DNA of 63,423 bases from a virus. Lineage: Duplodnaviria; Caudoviricetes. This document shows positions 29,794-41,129 of the stretch, piece by piece. The notes under the pieces were generated by a model. That model had not been told where the DNA came from and did no database searches. It saw nothing but the letters and a program-made list of their open reading frames with translations. Position numbers and translations under genes: made by a program. The stretch covers positions 1 to 63,423 of IMG/VR virus record IMGVR_UViG_3300032665_000026, one strand, 5' to 3'. Each line of letters opens with the position of its first letter. Position 1 is the first letter of the stretch.

Positions 29794-32065
29794 GCACTAT
29801 GTAGGCCCAGTCTATGATATTGGTGTATCGTCACAAGATCATAGTTATATTATTGGGAATAAAGTTGTCCACAACTCAGCTGGTGGTTCATTGCTGTCAT
29901 ACGTAATGGATATTACTGAGGTAGACCCTATCCCATCCGGCCTTATCTTCGAACGGTTCCTTAACCCTGAGCGCGTAAGTATGCCAGATATTGACATCGA
30001 CATGCCAAAGCTAGAACGTGGTATGGTACGCGTTTACCTCGAAAAGAAGTATGGCCGTTATAACATTGCTTCGATTGGCACATCGAACACCTTAGGGCCA
30101 AAGCAGTCAATCAAGGATGTTTGCCGTGGTTTAGGTATCAACAAGGAAGACACTCAAGAGATGTGTGACATCATTGAGGATGACTGGAACCTTAAGAACC
30201 GTGGTGCCAGCTGGGCAGATGTTATGCATCAGTATTCTAAGGATTATTCGCCGTGGATGGTAAAGTATCCTAAGCTATTCGATAATCTTCCTGAGTTTGT
30301 CAATCACATTCGTCACACCAGTGCTCACGCTGCAGGTATCGTAATCAGCAAAGATACACTCATTGGTGCTATGCCATTGCGCTACAGTCCTAGCCAAGAT
30401 GATATCCGCACACAATTCGATATGAACGGTGTAGACGAGCTTGGGTTCGTCAAGATCGACTTGCTCGGACTCCGCACACTTAGCACACTTATGGCTGCAT
30501 TAGATCTAATCAAGGAGAGCAACGATGGCACCCTACCTTTCCGTCATTTCTATGAATGGAACTACGACTGGGACACCTATTACAACGATAGTGCTGTCTG
30601 GGACTCCATCTGCACCGGTAACAATATTGGGTTATTCCAAATCGAGACAGGTCCCCTTAGAAGTCTGGTTAAGCGATTCCAACCAAGAAGCATAGAAGAC
30701 CTCTGCACCATGATTGCCATCTACCGCCCAGGTATTACTCGGTCAGTAGACTCTGAGACTGGACTTAATCTTCTCGAGATGTACATGCAGAAGCGTGAGG
30801 GCAAGCGTAACGTAACGTATAAGCACCCTAAGCTACGCGACATCCTCGGTGTATCCTACGGTAGTTTCGTTTATCAGGAACAGATCATGGAAACATGTGT
30901 AGCGCTAGCTGGCTATACCATTGTTGAGACTGACCGTGTTCGTAAGGCAGTGGCCAAGTCTAACTATGAGGACATGAAGGACGAAGCTGAGATCTTTGTT
31001 CAGAAGTGTATCGACAATGGAATCGATAAAAAGACTGCAGAATCTATTTTTGATGATATGCGTGCCTTTGGTATGTATGGTTTCAACAAAAGTCACGGTT
31101 ATGGTTATTCAATGCTCTCCTACTGGACTGCATGGGTGAAGCATCATTACCCGCAGGAGTTCATGACTGCATTGTTCCGTACTAATCCCAACGATAGTGT
31201 TATTTACCAGCGTGAATCTCGCCGTATGGGTATTGAGGTCCTTGGTCCAGACATTAACGAGAGCGGTGACAACTTCACACTCACTAGCGATGGGAATATC
31301 CGTTATGGTCTAAGCAAGGTTAAGCACGTTGCAAACGCTGCAGCTGAGATCAATAAGTTTGGCCCATTCGCTAGTATGGAAGACTTCTTGAACCGTGTGC
31401 CGACAAAGCGCATTAACAAGCGTGTTATTGTATCTATGATTAAATGTGGTGTCTTCGATAGTTTATGCGGTGACCCAAAAACTGCTTTGTACGAGTATTA
31501 CAAGACCCGTAAGGAATATAAAAAATATGTTGATAATAATTGCGATGCTGTTTGTATTTATTGTGCTGGACGTGACAATTATTTCGATTGTCTTTCAATC
31601 AACGTTGAAGCGATTGATGCGCGTGGTGCTAACGAACAGGACCTTTTGGGTACTATGGTTAGTATTGATCCTCTTGCTGATTACATCGAAGTAATTGAAG
31701 AAGAACACAATTTCCCCGGAGAGAAGCACATGTTCCAAGGTGAGAAAGCAATGCTCGGTGGTATCGTAACCATGATCAAACCATTGGTAACAAAGAAGGG
31801 CAAGCACCCAGGATCCGAAATGTGCCAACTATGGGTGGAACTACCGATCTCTAGCCTTGAAGACGATATGCTTGAAGAAGAAGAAGAATTATCGCAGAGA
31901 GATGAGACAGTACAGATCGTCGCATTCCCAGAAGCTTATAAAAGGGTGAAGAATGAGCTTGAAGTTGGTACACCTGTTCTGGTCCAAGTTGAGAAAATGC
32001 GTGATGGCTTAAGCTTAAGAAGTGTATTCCGACTTGACAAACTTAAAACCGATGCAGTAATATAA
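29768..32065 (+). CDS. dnaE: Split intein C-fragment (aa 1-36) fused to DNA polymerase III alpha C-terminal half
   Basis: VYDIGV...HSYIIGNKVVHN then SAGGSL, FERFLNPERVSMPDIDID, HAAG, KIDLLGL, FNKSH. Confidence 0.95.
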   Translation: MKLKSKTIEHYVGPVYDIGVSSQDHSYIIGNKVVHNSAGGSLLSYVMDITEVDPIPSGLIFERFLNPERVSMPDIDIDMPKLERGMVRVYLEKKYGRYNIASIGTSNTLGPKQSIKDVCRGLGINKEDTQEMCDIIEDDWNLKNRGASWADVMHQYSKDYSPWMVKYPKLFDNLPEFVNHIRHTSAHAAGIVISKDTLIGAMPLRYSPSQDDIRTQFDMNGVDELGFVKIDLLGLRTLSTLMAALDLIKESNDGTLPFRHFYEWNYDWDTYYNDSAVWDSICTGNNIGLFQIETGPLRSLVKRFQPRSIEDLCTMIAIYRPGITRSVDSETGLNLLEMYMQKREGKRNVTYKHPKLRDILGVSYGSFVYQEQIMETCVALAGYTIVETDRVRKAVAKSNYEDMKDEAEIFVQKCIDNGIDKKTAESIFDDMRAFGMYGFNKSHGYGYSMLSYWTAWVKHHYPQEFMTALFRTNPNDSVIYQRESRRMGIEVLGPDINESGDNFTLTSDGNIRYGLSKVKHVANAAAEINKFGPFASMEDFLNRVPTKRINKRVIVSMIKCGVFDSLCGDPKTALYEYYKTRKEYKKYVDNNCDAVCIYCAGRDNYFDCLSINVEAIDARGANEQDLLGTMVSIDPLADYIEVIEEEHNFPGEKHMFQGEKAMLGGIVTMIKPLVTKKGKHPGSEMCQLWVELPISSLEDDMLEEEEELSQRDETVQIVAFPEAYKRVKNELEVGTPVLVQVEKMRDGLSLRSVFRLDKLKTDAVI

Positions 32066-32231
32066 TTACAGTTAAGAAAGGTAGCTCAATGGCTCGTACA
32101 GCATCAAAAATGAAAAGATGGCGTTGCCCAAAATGCAGCGAAGAGATCCAAGCAATTGGTAGCGCAGTAGCTCACCGTTGCACCATGAACAAGAACCTAA
32201 CCACTATGTGGGAACTAGTAGAGGAATTGTG

Positions 32232-32537
32232 ATGAAGTATACAAATCTAGAGAATAGCAATATTAAATTATTGGCGCATGAACCAGACGAATGCAAAAGT
32301 CCTGATGCATGCACGATTCATAACCGCACAGACCACCATATGCGGAGCTTTAAGCAATTCTATCGATTTGGTCGTGGCATCATGGAACGTATCTGTAGCC
32401 ATGGCGTAGGCCATCCAGACCCAGATGACATCCGCATAATTAATAAGGCTGACGACGGGGTACATGGCTGCGATGGTTGTTGCATCCGTTTTGCTACTGA
32501 GGAAGAGTACGCTGATTCTCAGAAGTATGGTGAATAA
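32232..32537 (+). CDS. Hypothetical protein (His/Cys-rich)
   Basis: ERICSHGVGHPDPD...HGCDGCC; GAGG SD before ATG 32232. Confidence 0.6.
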   Translation: MKYTNLENSNIKLLAHEPDECKSPDACTIHNRTDHHMRSFKQFYRFGRGIMERICSHGVGHPDPDDIRIINKADDGVHGCDGCCIRFATEEEYADSQKYGE

Positions 32538-33164
32538 TGCACTTGTTTCTATTCCTAACTATATTAGTAGCAGCAAAAGCATATGTAACTTTTCTCTATA
32601 AGTTTTGGGATGGTCGCACCATTGACGGTACGGACTTAGAAGGCATCTATACCTGGAGCGCAGTGCTCTTTTCATTTATACTTAGTATTATTCTCATAGT
32701 AGTGATGGTGTATAGTATGTCAACAGTGTTTCTAAGGATTAGCGATGAGCTTTAACCCTGATTCAAAATGTCTATACTGTCACGTAGATATTGTTGCCAC
32801 TGATGGGGATAAGGGTATAGACTCTAGCGGTGTACTAAAGTGTTACCCATCGGCCGGTACAATGTCTACTTTACATAAGCCTCGTCTAAACCCAAAAGCT
32901 AATAACTCACGTAGGCAAGAGATCGAAGAAGAGTATTATGTAGTTAGACAGACTCACATCGATGCTCAAGCTCGGGTAAAAGAAACACATTATCTGGAGC
33001 TTGAAGCGCACAAGCTATACTTAAAGAAATTACACGAAGAAGGATTGTAGTGCAGATCACCATAAACATTGATCAGAGAACGTACCAGAACTTGATGCGT
33101 GACGCTCAATACTATAGAATTACTGGCATAGAAGATTTCATCGAAACTAAATTAGAGGAGCTGT

Positions 33165-34274
33165 ATGGCTAAAGACGCGATCGATAAACTTATTTCAGAT
33201 TTAAATAAGTTCACACCGGAAGGCAGTCTTAAACCACTTGTTCTACGTGGTAACAGTATCGAAAAGGTGAATGCTATCCCTTGCTTCACACCCGCATTAG
33301 CGTACCTTCTGGGTATTGGTGGATGGCCTGAGGGTAAGCTCATCGAGTTCTTTGGCAAAGAACACTCTGGTAAGACTTCATTCGCTATTATGGCATTGAA
33401 GGACTGCTACGATTATTACAAGGGCGAAAAGATGGTCGCCATCATTGACCTTGAACACCGTTTCAACCCTGAATGGGCAGAGAAGCTTGGGCTTAAGGTC
33501 GATGACAACCTAATCGTTGTACAGCCACCAGACGCAGAGACAGCTACTGATATGATGGTTGCCCTAATTAAGAGCAAGCAAATTGGTGCTATTGTGTGGG
33601 ACTCCGTAGGAGCAGCAGCTACTAAGCACAGCATGCAGCAACTCACTGATAAGAACGATAAGATGGGTGGTAACGCTGCCGTTATGAAGCGTAACGTCCA
33701 GACTGTTGCCCCATTAGCTAACCTGTACGGTGTCACCTGTTTCTATCTTAACCAACTCCGTGCTGATATGGATGGGTACAACCGTCCCATGACTCCAGGT
33801 GGTCACGCAGTCAAGCATGCGATGAGTGTACGTATCTACCTACGCCCAGGTAGCGATAAGTACTTTGACAAGATCAACGGTGAGAACACCCAGGTTGGTA
33901 ACCCAATTGTTGTCAAGACAGTAAAGAATAGCTATGGCCCTCCATTCCGTGAGGGTTGGACTGATTTCTACAGCCAGCCGTGTACTTTCTTGGACCATCC
34001 AGGTATTGATACGAAGCGTGACCTTGCTCGTATGGGTATTTTGCTAGGTGTAGCCACCCGTGGTGGTGCTTGGTTCACTTGGAGAGATATTAAGGCTCAA
34101 GGCCGTGATACTTTCTTCGAACAGATTTGGAATAGTGGCATGGCAGAAGAATTCGAAGCAGAGATCGTAACTGCTATCAAAAAGGGCTCAGGTATGGCAG
34201 TGGTAGAAGATGATGATTTCTTCGGTAGACCATTGACTGATGCAAAAGATGACTTACACGACCCAGAAGTTTAG
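33165..34274 (+). CDS. recA: RecA-like recombinase
   Basis: GKEHSGKT, IDLEH, VWDSV, LNQLR, TPGGHAVKH. Confidence 0.95.
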   Translation: MAKDAIDKLISDLNKFTPEGSLKPLVLRGNSIEKVNAIPCFTPALAYLLGIGGWPEGKLIEFFGKEHSGKTSFAIMALKDCYDYYKGEKMVAIIDLEHRFNPEWAEKLGLKVDDNLIVVQPPDAETATDMMVALIKSKQIGAIVWDSVGAAATKHSMQQLTDKNDKMGGNAAVMKRNVQTVAPLANLYGVTCFYLNQLRADMDGYNRPMTPGGHAVKHAMSVRIYLRPGSDKYFDKINGENTQVGNPIVVKTVKNSYGPPFREGWTDFYSQPCTFLDHPGIDTKRDLARMGILLGVATRGGAWFTWRDIKAQGRDTFFEQIWNSGMAEEFEAEIVTAIKKGSGMAVVEDDDFFGRPLTDAKDDLHDPEV

Positions 34275-35180
34275 AAAGGAAACATAATGAATATTGGAGA
34301 TACAGTAACTACAGTTAATTCACTAGGTACCATCGTTGGTGTTGCCACGAATGGTTTGCCAATCGTTGAATGGGCTTCTAAGGAATACATGACCTATGCG
34401 CCAGAAGAGCTCATCGTTGTAGAACTTCCTGAGCCCAATGACGAACTTAACCCGATGAGCGAAGAAGAAGAGGAAGCGTATCAAAAATGGCTTCTTGCTA
34501 AGCGCGAAGAGAAGACAGAGTCATTCGTTAAGATGGTAGAAGAAAAGATTGAAGAAAACAACAAAGAAAAAGGCACAGAATGACTGAGCACGAAGAAGAA
34601 TACGAAGGCGTAACCCTTTACGTTGATGCTGAAGGATGGCCAGATAACCTAGAAGGGTTGCACCTCATCGAACAGAATGTATACATGGAAAATGGTAAAG
34701 TCAAGATCATTGGCGACCCAATCTGGAAATTTGGGGAGGATGGATGAGTTGGATTGGACATTTTTGCCATGAATGCCATGTAAAGTTTATAAAGGCTAGA
34801 GACTATATCATTCATCACAGTGAGAATCACTTGTCTAGCAACCAGAGTAAAGATTCTATAGAATGGGAAGAGTCACTCGCTAGGCAGAAGTTTAAGGAAC
34901 AAGAATGACGTACGAACCAAAAAAAGCTAATTGTAAGAACTGTCACCGTAAGTTCGGTGATATCAGAGAAATTTTACAAGGCGCTGATGGAACATGGGTT
35001 CATCAAACGCGCTATTATGATGTTAAATGCAACCCTTTTGATGCTTGGGTGGCTGAACCCGAGGAGGGGTGATGGAAGAAAAAGATAACATGGACAGATT
35101 AAAGCATGGTTGGGGAGAACGTTTACTCCACATACAGAATTCACCTGGGAACCCTTTGAACTGGTTCAAGAAAGAAGAAG

Positions 35181-35522
35181 ATGATGGCAACGCCGAAGAA
35201 AGCTGAAATGACTGAATTCGAAAAAGTCATCAAAGAAATCACAGATCTTCATAATAAGAAGCAATCAGACTATGGTCGTCCAGAACAGGGCGACCCATTC
35301 GCCAATGTCCGTGCCAGCGAAGATTTCGGTATCCCTGGTTATTTAGGTGCTGTTATCAGGGCCAATGACAAAGTCAGACGAATCCAGAAGTATGCTCGTG
35401 GTGGTACAATGATTAATGAATCTGTCGAAGATTCTCTGTTAGATGCAGCAGTATACTTTATCATCGCTCTGTGCCTATTCAGGGAAAACGATGGGAAACA
35501 AGACCAGACTGTGGAGGGATGA
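35181..35522 (+). CDS. Nucleotide modification-associated domain 1 (DUF1599-like) protein
   Basis: KKQSDYG, DPFAN, IRANDKVRRI, ESVEDSLLDAAVY. Confidence 0.75.
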   Translation: MMATPKKAEMTEFEKVIKEITDLHNKKQSDYGRPEQGDPFANVRASEDFGIPGYLGAVIRANDKVRRIQKYARGGTMINESVEDSLLDAAVYFIIALCLFRENDGKQDQTVEG

Positions 35523-35665
35523 TCCAATGGAATACACCAATGCCTACCTCGTGAATAGGGTAACCACACTCGAGGCGATGCTAAACCGTGTCAAAGAAGT
35601 TATTGAACTCGTTGGAGTGGATGACGATATCAAAATTCCTATGATTAAGGGTACATTAAACCCTT

Positions 35666-36121
35666 ATGGGGTTACTAAGCAAGTGCCAAACAAAAATGAA
35701 GCGTAACCTATGGAGAAAAGTAGAACGTGAAGGCGATTGCTGGGTCTGGACTGGTAGTACAGCTAATCGAGGGTACGGTAGCATCCACCACGATGGTAGG
35801 AACGGCTATCTTCCTCACAGACTAGCCTATGAGCTCCTGGTTGGGCCGATACCTGAAGGTTTAGTACTTGACCACATGTGCCAGAATAGACGCTGTGTGA
35901 ACCCTAAACATTTGGATCCTGTGACAAACCGTGTTAATATCTTACGTGGTAAGAGTGTTGCAGCCTTGAACTTCATCAAGACTGAATGCGTCAATGGCCA
36001 TCCATTCGATCAGAAGAATACAAAAATTAGGAAGGATAAGACAAGATCATGCAGACAATGCGAAAAAGATCGTCTAAAAAAGTTCAGAGAAAATCAAAAG
36101 CTACAAAAGCACCAGAGGTAA
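35666..36121 (+). CDS. HNH endonuclease
   Basis: CWVWTG, HRLAYE, LDHMCQNRRCVNPKHL, C-terminal CVNGH...CRQC. Confidence 0.9.
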   Translation: MGLLSKCQTKMKRNLWRKVEREGDCWVWTGSTANRGYGSIHHDGRNGYLPHRLAYELLVGPIPEGLVLDHMCQNRRCVNPKHLDPVTNRVNILRGKSVAALNFIKTECVNGHPFDQKNTKIRKDKTRSCRQCEKDRLKKFRENQKLQKHQR

Positions 36122-37199
36122 AAATGGGTAAGAAGATCGATATGGCAATTGATTCTGTCTACGCATTGACAGTTGAAGCCTATGGTAAAGTTGATCATCA
36201 TGCCAGTGAACATGATTTTGGTTATGCTCAGGGTCTTACCGAAGCTATGAAAGTTCTGCGTGATATCCAGCAGGGCAATAACCGTAGGTTCCCTCGTTAC
36301 TAATGGGGACAGAAAGCTACTGGCGTCATGAGCACAGCAAATTGCAGGAAGAATTGCGTCAAGTGTATCAACAAGTAAACTATTACGTCAATGAGAATAC
36401 TAGATTACGTGAAGAGAATGAAATACTGAAAGATCATTTCATGGGATCTGAAAGCAAGGTAGAAAATGAATGAATGCAAGCATAGCAAAGAAGTAAATGG
36501 TAAGCTCGTACCTTATCACTCTTATTTCTGCCCAGATTGTGATGAACGACTCATCCCGCAGGAGATGAATCCTTGTGCACACCCAAAGCGTAGAGATGGA
36601 ACATGTGTAAAGGTAGGCTGTTATGGAAAACTTTGAAGATAAATGCTATCATGGGTTAGATGGTGTTGGCTTGCCAGGAACTTTGAATAGTGTCGCCACC
36701 AACCAGGAAAGAAAACAAATTAAGTTTTGCTGCCTATGCGGTGGTGAAGTTGTTGAATATGACCCAGAGAGTTTTACCCCAAATTTATTAGGGATTTCCC
36801 CAGTCATGGAAAGTTTTGATAACAATGGTGAGGAAGAATAATATGGAATGTGAAAATTGCTTAGATACAATTAAACTCGGTAAAGTATGGTGGGTTCATC
36901 ATACTACAAACGATACATGGTGCTATCCTATGAGCAACCAATTTGCTACAGAGTACGTGGTAGCCAAACCCAAAGAGCTTGTATGAAAGAATTAAGTAGA
37001 GTATGACAAATAAACTTTGGGTAGCTAAGCTTAGTAATAAAAAGATTCATCTAGAGTACAATAAAAGAGTACCCAGAAAGAAGAAGAAGTTTATTAAAGA
37101 TATTTTTAAGCTAGCTGGAGATGCATCAGGAGATATTGTTCTTGTGAGCCCTAGGTTGATTGATGTACTCAATGGTCTAAAAATTAAGCTAGGGAAATA

Positions 37200-37619
37200 A
37201 TGGGAAAGATGCAACAAAAAATGTCACAACGCCAAGAGCGGGAGCTTGAAGCAGAGTGGCCAGAGGCAGAACGTACAGTTGGTTCTGGAAACAAGTGGCA
37301 GAAGGCGGATCTACAAACTCAAGAGACTCAGAACATCGATTTTGTCATCGAGTGTAAGAGCACACAGAGCAATAGTTTTAGCATTACTAAAAGCATTTGG
37401 AATACGGTAAAGAGCCATGCTCAGAACAAGAGCTGGACATCTAGACCCATCCTTGCAGTTAGGCTCTATGGCCCTACTATTGAGATGACAGAGTGGGGAG
37501 AGCGAGAGAACACCGCAGAGACATTACCAGTTGAGCTAGATCTTATCTGCATGGGAAAGGATGATTGGCTCGAATTCTATTACGACTATTTACGGTTGAA
37601 GGAACTAGAAAATGGCTGA
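37200..37619 (+). CDS. PD-(D/E)XK nuclease, Holliday junction resolvase-like
   Basis: QE...GSG...KAD...IECKST. Confidence 0.75.
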   Translation: MGKMQQKMSQRQERELEAEWPEAERTVGSGNKWQKADLQTQETQNIDFVIECKSTQSNSFSITKSIWNTVKSHAQNKSWTSRPILAVRLYGPTIEMTEWGERENTAETLPVELDLICMGKDDWLEFYYDYLRLKELENG

Positions 37620-37853
37620 AGAACAACTGCAATTTGATATCTTCCGTGAGTATGGTACTGCTTACTCACTCGGGTATAAATCAGGTGATGAAGTAAAGAT
37701 GGTTGATCCCGTAATCATGGGAGATATTACTCCCGGCTGGAAGATGGACGAAAATATTATGCAATTTGAAGGCCATCAATGGCAAGTAATCAGTTCTACC
37801 GTAAAGATCTATGGTGTTTACTACAACGCAACAATTAAGAGAGAGAACAAAGA

Positions 37854-38603
37854 GTGAGTTTTCTTGATCGTACGTTAGCTGCGTACCAAAATGATGAACC
37901 TATTACACGATACATCGAGGAAGCCTTAATGCTTGGCGATGTTTTCCCTGAAGAGTATCCTGTCAAGGTTTACAACAAGGAACGTAAATTTGATAACATG
38001 TATCACCCTTCTTCTGATGTAAGTGCCGGTGAATTGCAGCTATATTATAGGTTCCATCCAGAAAAGAGGTTATCATTACAAGAAGAAAGAATAACACCAA
38101 CGCTCGCTATGACGTTCCAGGTTGGCTCGGTTTTTCACTCTGTAATACAGAACTTATTGATCCATTTAGGCTTCACCACCTTGGACAAAGTAGAAGTGAA
38201 ATTCAGAAACGAAGAGAGAATGGTCGCTGGTGCAGTCGATGTGTTAGAACTAATAACTCCAGATGGAGAAAGCTTTTTAGTCGATATTAAGAGCACCAAC
38301 CAGCTTCCTAAAGAGGCTAGTTATCAATATGCCATGCAGCTTAGGACGTATCAGGATAATTGCCCTGGTGCACCTGACCGCATGGCATTATTGTTTATTC
38401 AGAAGGCTTATCCGCATAAGATTAAGACAATCGAAGTTAAGAAGGACCAAGATGAACTTGATAAAGTATACGACAAGTGGGATCGTGTTCGAGTGGCCAT
38501 CAAAAACAACGATCCATCTGGACTCAAGCACTGCTGCAACGGTCCTACAGATGAAGTTTTTCTTGGATGCCCTGCGCGAAAAATCTGCCACTACTACAAC
38601 TGA
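37854..38603 (+). CDS. PD-(D/E)XK exonuclease (Cas4/RecB-like)
   Basis: GSVFH, GAVD, VDIKS, QLRTY, C-terminal C...CPARKIC. Confidence 0.8.
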   Translation: MSFLDRTLAAYQNDEPITRYIEEALMLGDVFPEEYPVKVYNKERKFDNMYHPSSDVSAGELQLYYRFHPEKRLSLQEERITPTLAMTFQVGSVFHSVIQNLLIHLGFTTLDKVEVKFRNEERMVAGAVDVLELITPDGESFLVDIKSTNQLPKEASYQYAMQLRTYQDNCPGAPDRMALLFIQKAYPHKIKTIEVKKDQDELDKVYDKWDRVRVAIKNNDPSGLKHCCNGPTDEVFLGCPARKICHYYN

Positions 38604-38998
38604 TGAGTAAAGAGTGCATAGTCTGTTCAAAACCAACACAGAACGCAAGGCTATCCTACTGCTCGAACAAATGTAAAGCTCAAAAGAAGCATGAATATAG
38701 CGTAGAGTATAGACTCCGCACTGTATACAACATGACTCTTGAAGATTACAACTCCATCCTTGAAGAACAGGGTGGAGTTTGCGCTATCTGTGAGACAAAA
38801 CCTAAGAAAGCTAAGTTAGCTGTTGATCACAACCATGTGACAGGCCAGATTCGTGGACTCTTATGCAAGATGTGCAACCATCGTGTACTTGGCGGAGCTA
38901 AGGAGAATGCTGATATTCTTCGTAAGGCTGCAGACTATCTCGAGAACCCACCTGCTCAGTACAGAGGGCTCATATCAGCTGAGTATTTAACTAAATAG
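38602..38998 (+). CDS. Endonuclease VII (recombination endonuclease)
   Basis: QGGVCAIC, LAVDHNHVTGQIRGLLCKMCN. Confidence 0.9.
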
Positions 38999-39000
38999 TA

Positions 39001-39029
39001 TTGATGTACTGATGTAATTAAGATATACT
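39001..39029 (+). promoter_or_regulatory. Sigma70-type promoter
   Basis: TTGATG-17 nt-TATACT. Confidence 0.5.
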
Positions 39030-39056
39030 AACCTAGTCGTTTGAGAATGGAAATAG

Positions 39057-39620
39057 ATGAGTTCATACAGTGGTTTCAGGAAGGGCCTAGAAGGTCTTAC
39101 CGAACCAGAGCTTGATGTCGCACATGATGATAAGTTCGGTGATCTTCATCGTTTTGTAGTCAGATCTTTCAGGTGGGAGAGCAAACCTGAAGAGAAGGAA
39201 ATGCTTGATAGTATTGAGCAGATCGTTAGTTCCTTTATGCAAGAGTATATTGATCCCGCTGAGGTTATCATTGCTCGTTTTAACTCGGGTGGCGACATCG
39301 GTGGTTCAGAAGGTGATCGACTGTTCCTTAACTTACAAAGCTCTCTCGTGGCGATTGAGGAAGAAGTCACCCGCAGATACCTTAAAGCACAGTTCTCTTA
39401 CTACATGCTAGATGATAAGTACAACACTTCGTACGTAAAGCATGCAAAGGGTACGACGAATGATTTAAATGCTCGTGCTCGTATGGAAACAAGAGACGAT
39501 CGTTTGTTCTACTTCGTGCAGTATAGCGCATGGAGAATCATTAATGATAAGGTAAATAGCTTGAAAGCTACTCAGAGACATATCCAAAACCAATTGTATA
39601 GGAACAGCTATGGACGATGA
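39057..39620 (+). CDS. Hypothetical protein
   Basis: 187 aa in-strand ORF. Confidence 0.6.
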   Translation: MSSYSGFRKGLEGLTEPELDVAHDDKFGDLHRFVVRSFRWESKPEEKEMLDSIEQIVSSFMQEYIDPAEVIIARFNSGGDIGGSEGDRLFLNLQSSLVAIEEEVTRRYLKAQFSYYMLDDKYNTSYVKHAKGTTNDLNARARMETRDDRLFYFVQYSAWRIINDKVNSLKATQRHIQNQLYRNSYGR

Positions 39621-39981
39621 TCTCCCAAAGAAGAGAAAGTCTAGGATCCAAGAAGTAGTTAGAGGCCAGATGACCTGGCAAATTCTAGAACGTATTCTAA
39701 ATAATTATTGGGAGTGGTACGAGGTTTATCTTACTTCTGGTAACCCTGAGCTTCAGTTGCTTAATGGTATAACCATAAATATTTATGATGTTATGAAAGG
39801 TATAGACAGACTTCCGCCTCGTCAAAAGCAGGCAGTTGTACTCTCATGCCTTGAGAACCGTAAAGAAGTCGAAGTAGCAAGAATGATGGGTTTCACAAAA
39901 TGGTCATCTCAGGTGGGCATGTATAAAAGAAAAGCTTTGCAGCAGCTTTGTCGTACAGTCTGGAGCACGGAGATAGACTAA
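39610..39981 (+). CDS. Sigma-70 region 4-like HTH protein
   Basis: IDRLPPRQKQAVVL...EVEVARMMG...RKALQQL. Confidence 0.8.
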   Translation: MDDDLPKKRKSRIQEVVRGQMTWQILERILNNYWEWYEVYLTSGNPELQLLNGITINIYDVMKGIDRLPPRQKQAVVLSCLENRKEVEVARMMGFTKWSSQVGMYKRKALQQLCRTVWSTEID

Positions 39982-40335
39982 TGGGTGAAGAAAACACGAT
40001 TGAACCAACAAATGATCCTACGCCTGAACAACAGTATAGCAAGCTAGAAAACACATATAGAGATAGACTCCCTCAAAATTGGGAAGAAATGAGTATGGGT
40101 GCCAAGCTAGATTGGTTCGGCCACCGCATACTGCTCGATCTTAGAGAAGAATCTGGTAGAGAAGCCACAAAAGATTGGGGATTCCTCAGCGAATACCAAT
40201 TAGAGCGGCGTAGACGCAGAGAAGTCCAGAGCAAATTAAACGGTTGGGATGAATTGCCACCGAAGCAGGGTGTGTTTAGGCGAACGCATGTTGATAAGAA
40301 CAACCTTTTGACAGGTAGAAAACCCGAGGATAAAA

Positions 40336-41073
40336 ATGGACCGCAGAACCCGTGAGTATAAAGATCTAGTTAAGATGACGCCTACTACGGCTGATTTGCT
40401 TAGCGAAGAGATAGATGGTGAGATTTTCCTCTATAAGTACTCACCTTTATGCAAGATTTGCAATAGTAGCGATGAATTGAAGAGCATCATTGATTCATTA
40501 CTTTTGTTCCCTAAAACGTATAAAGAGGTGCTTACCCTCGTTCAACCACTGCAAGATAAATTAGGCATTGAAGGCTCAGATCGCATCAATTACGAGAATA
40601 TTCGTAATCACCAGAAGAACCATCTGCCTTTTGAGAAGAAAATCGTACGCGACATCGTTGAAAAACGTGCCCGTGAGAAAAATCGTAGCATATTAGATGC
40701 TGGCGAACGAGGATCAGCAGGTTTGCTAACTGCAGAAGCTTTCTACGAAATAATCGTTGCCAAAGGTTTCGAAGACATTGCTCAGGGTTATGAGAAACCT
40801 ACACTAACTCAGACAATGCATGCGATGGAAATGCTTCAAAAGCTTGAGAAGGAAGGGCAGGACAACTATCGTCCTGAAGACCTCATTAGCCAACTTGACG
40901 TTATTCTACTAGCTATTCGTGATACCCTGCCATCTGATATGAAGGAAAAACTCTTTAATAAGATCGAAGAGTACCAGAACGGTTCGGTTGACGTTCCGGG
41001 CAAACCTAAAAAACTTAAGCAAGCTGACTTTGGAGAAGAATATATTGATGTTGATCTGGAAGAAGACTTCTAA
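40336..41073 (+). CDS. Hypothetical protein (CxxC...HxxxH; possible small terminase-like)
   Basis: CKIC and IRNHQKNH motif, helical body; function is inference only. Confidence 0.45.
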   Translation: MDRRTREYKDLVKMTPTTADLLSEEIDGEIFLYKYSPLCKICNSSDELKSIIDSLLLFPKTYKEVLTLVQPLQDKLGIEGSDRINYENIRNHQKNHLPFEKKIVRDIVEKRAREKNRSILDAGERGSAGLLTAEAFYEIIVAKGFEDIAQGYEKPTLTQTMHAMEMLQKLEKEGQDNYRPEDLISQLDVILLAIRDTLPSDMKEKLFNKIEEYQNGSVDVPGKPKKLKQADFGEEYIDVDLEEDF

Positions 41074-41129
41074 ATATATGTAAAAAGTACTTTAAAACGC
41101 TAGAGTAATTGTAATTATTAGGAGTATCT

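Noticed and set aside
28590-29875. Group I intron or frameshifted/pseudogene dnaE
   Set aside because: No non-coding room for an intron core; intein blocks on both halves explain the break
37854-38603. CRISPR-Cas system implied by the Cas4-like nuclease
   Set aside because: No repeat-spacer array or other cas genes seen; stand-alone Cas4-like nucleases are common in phages
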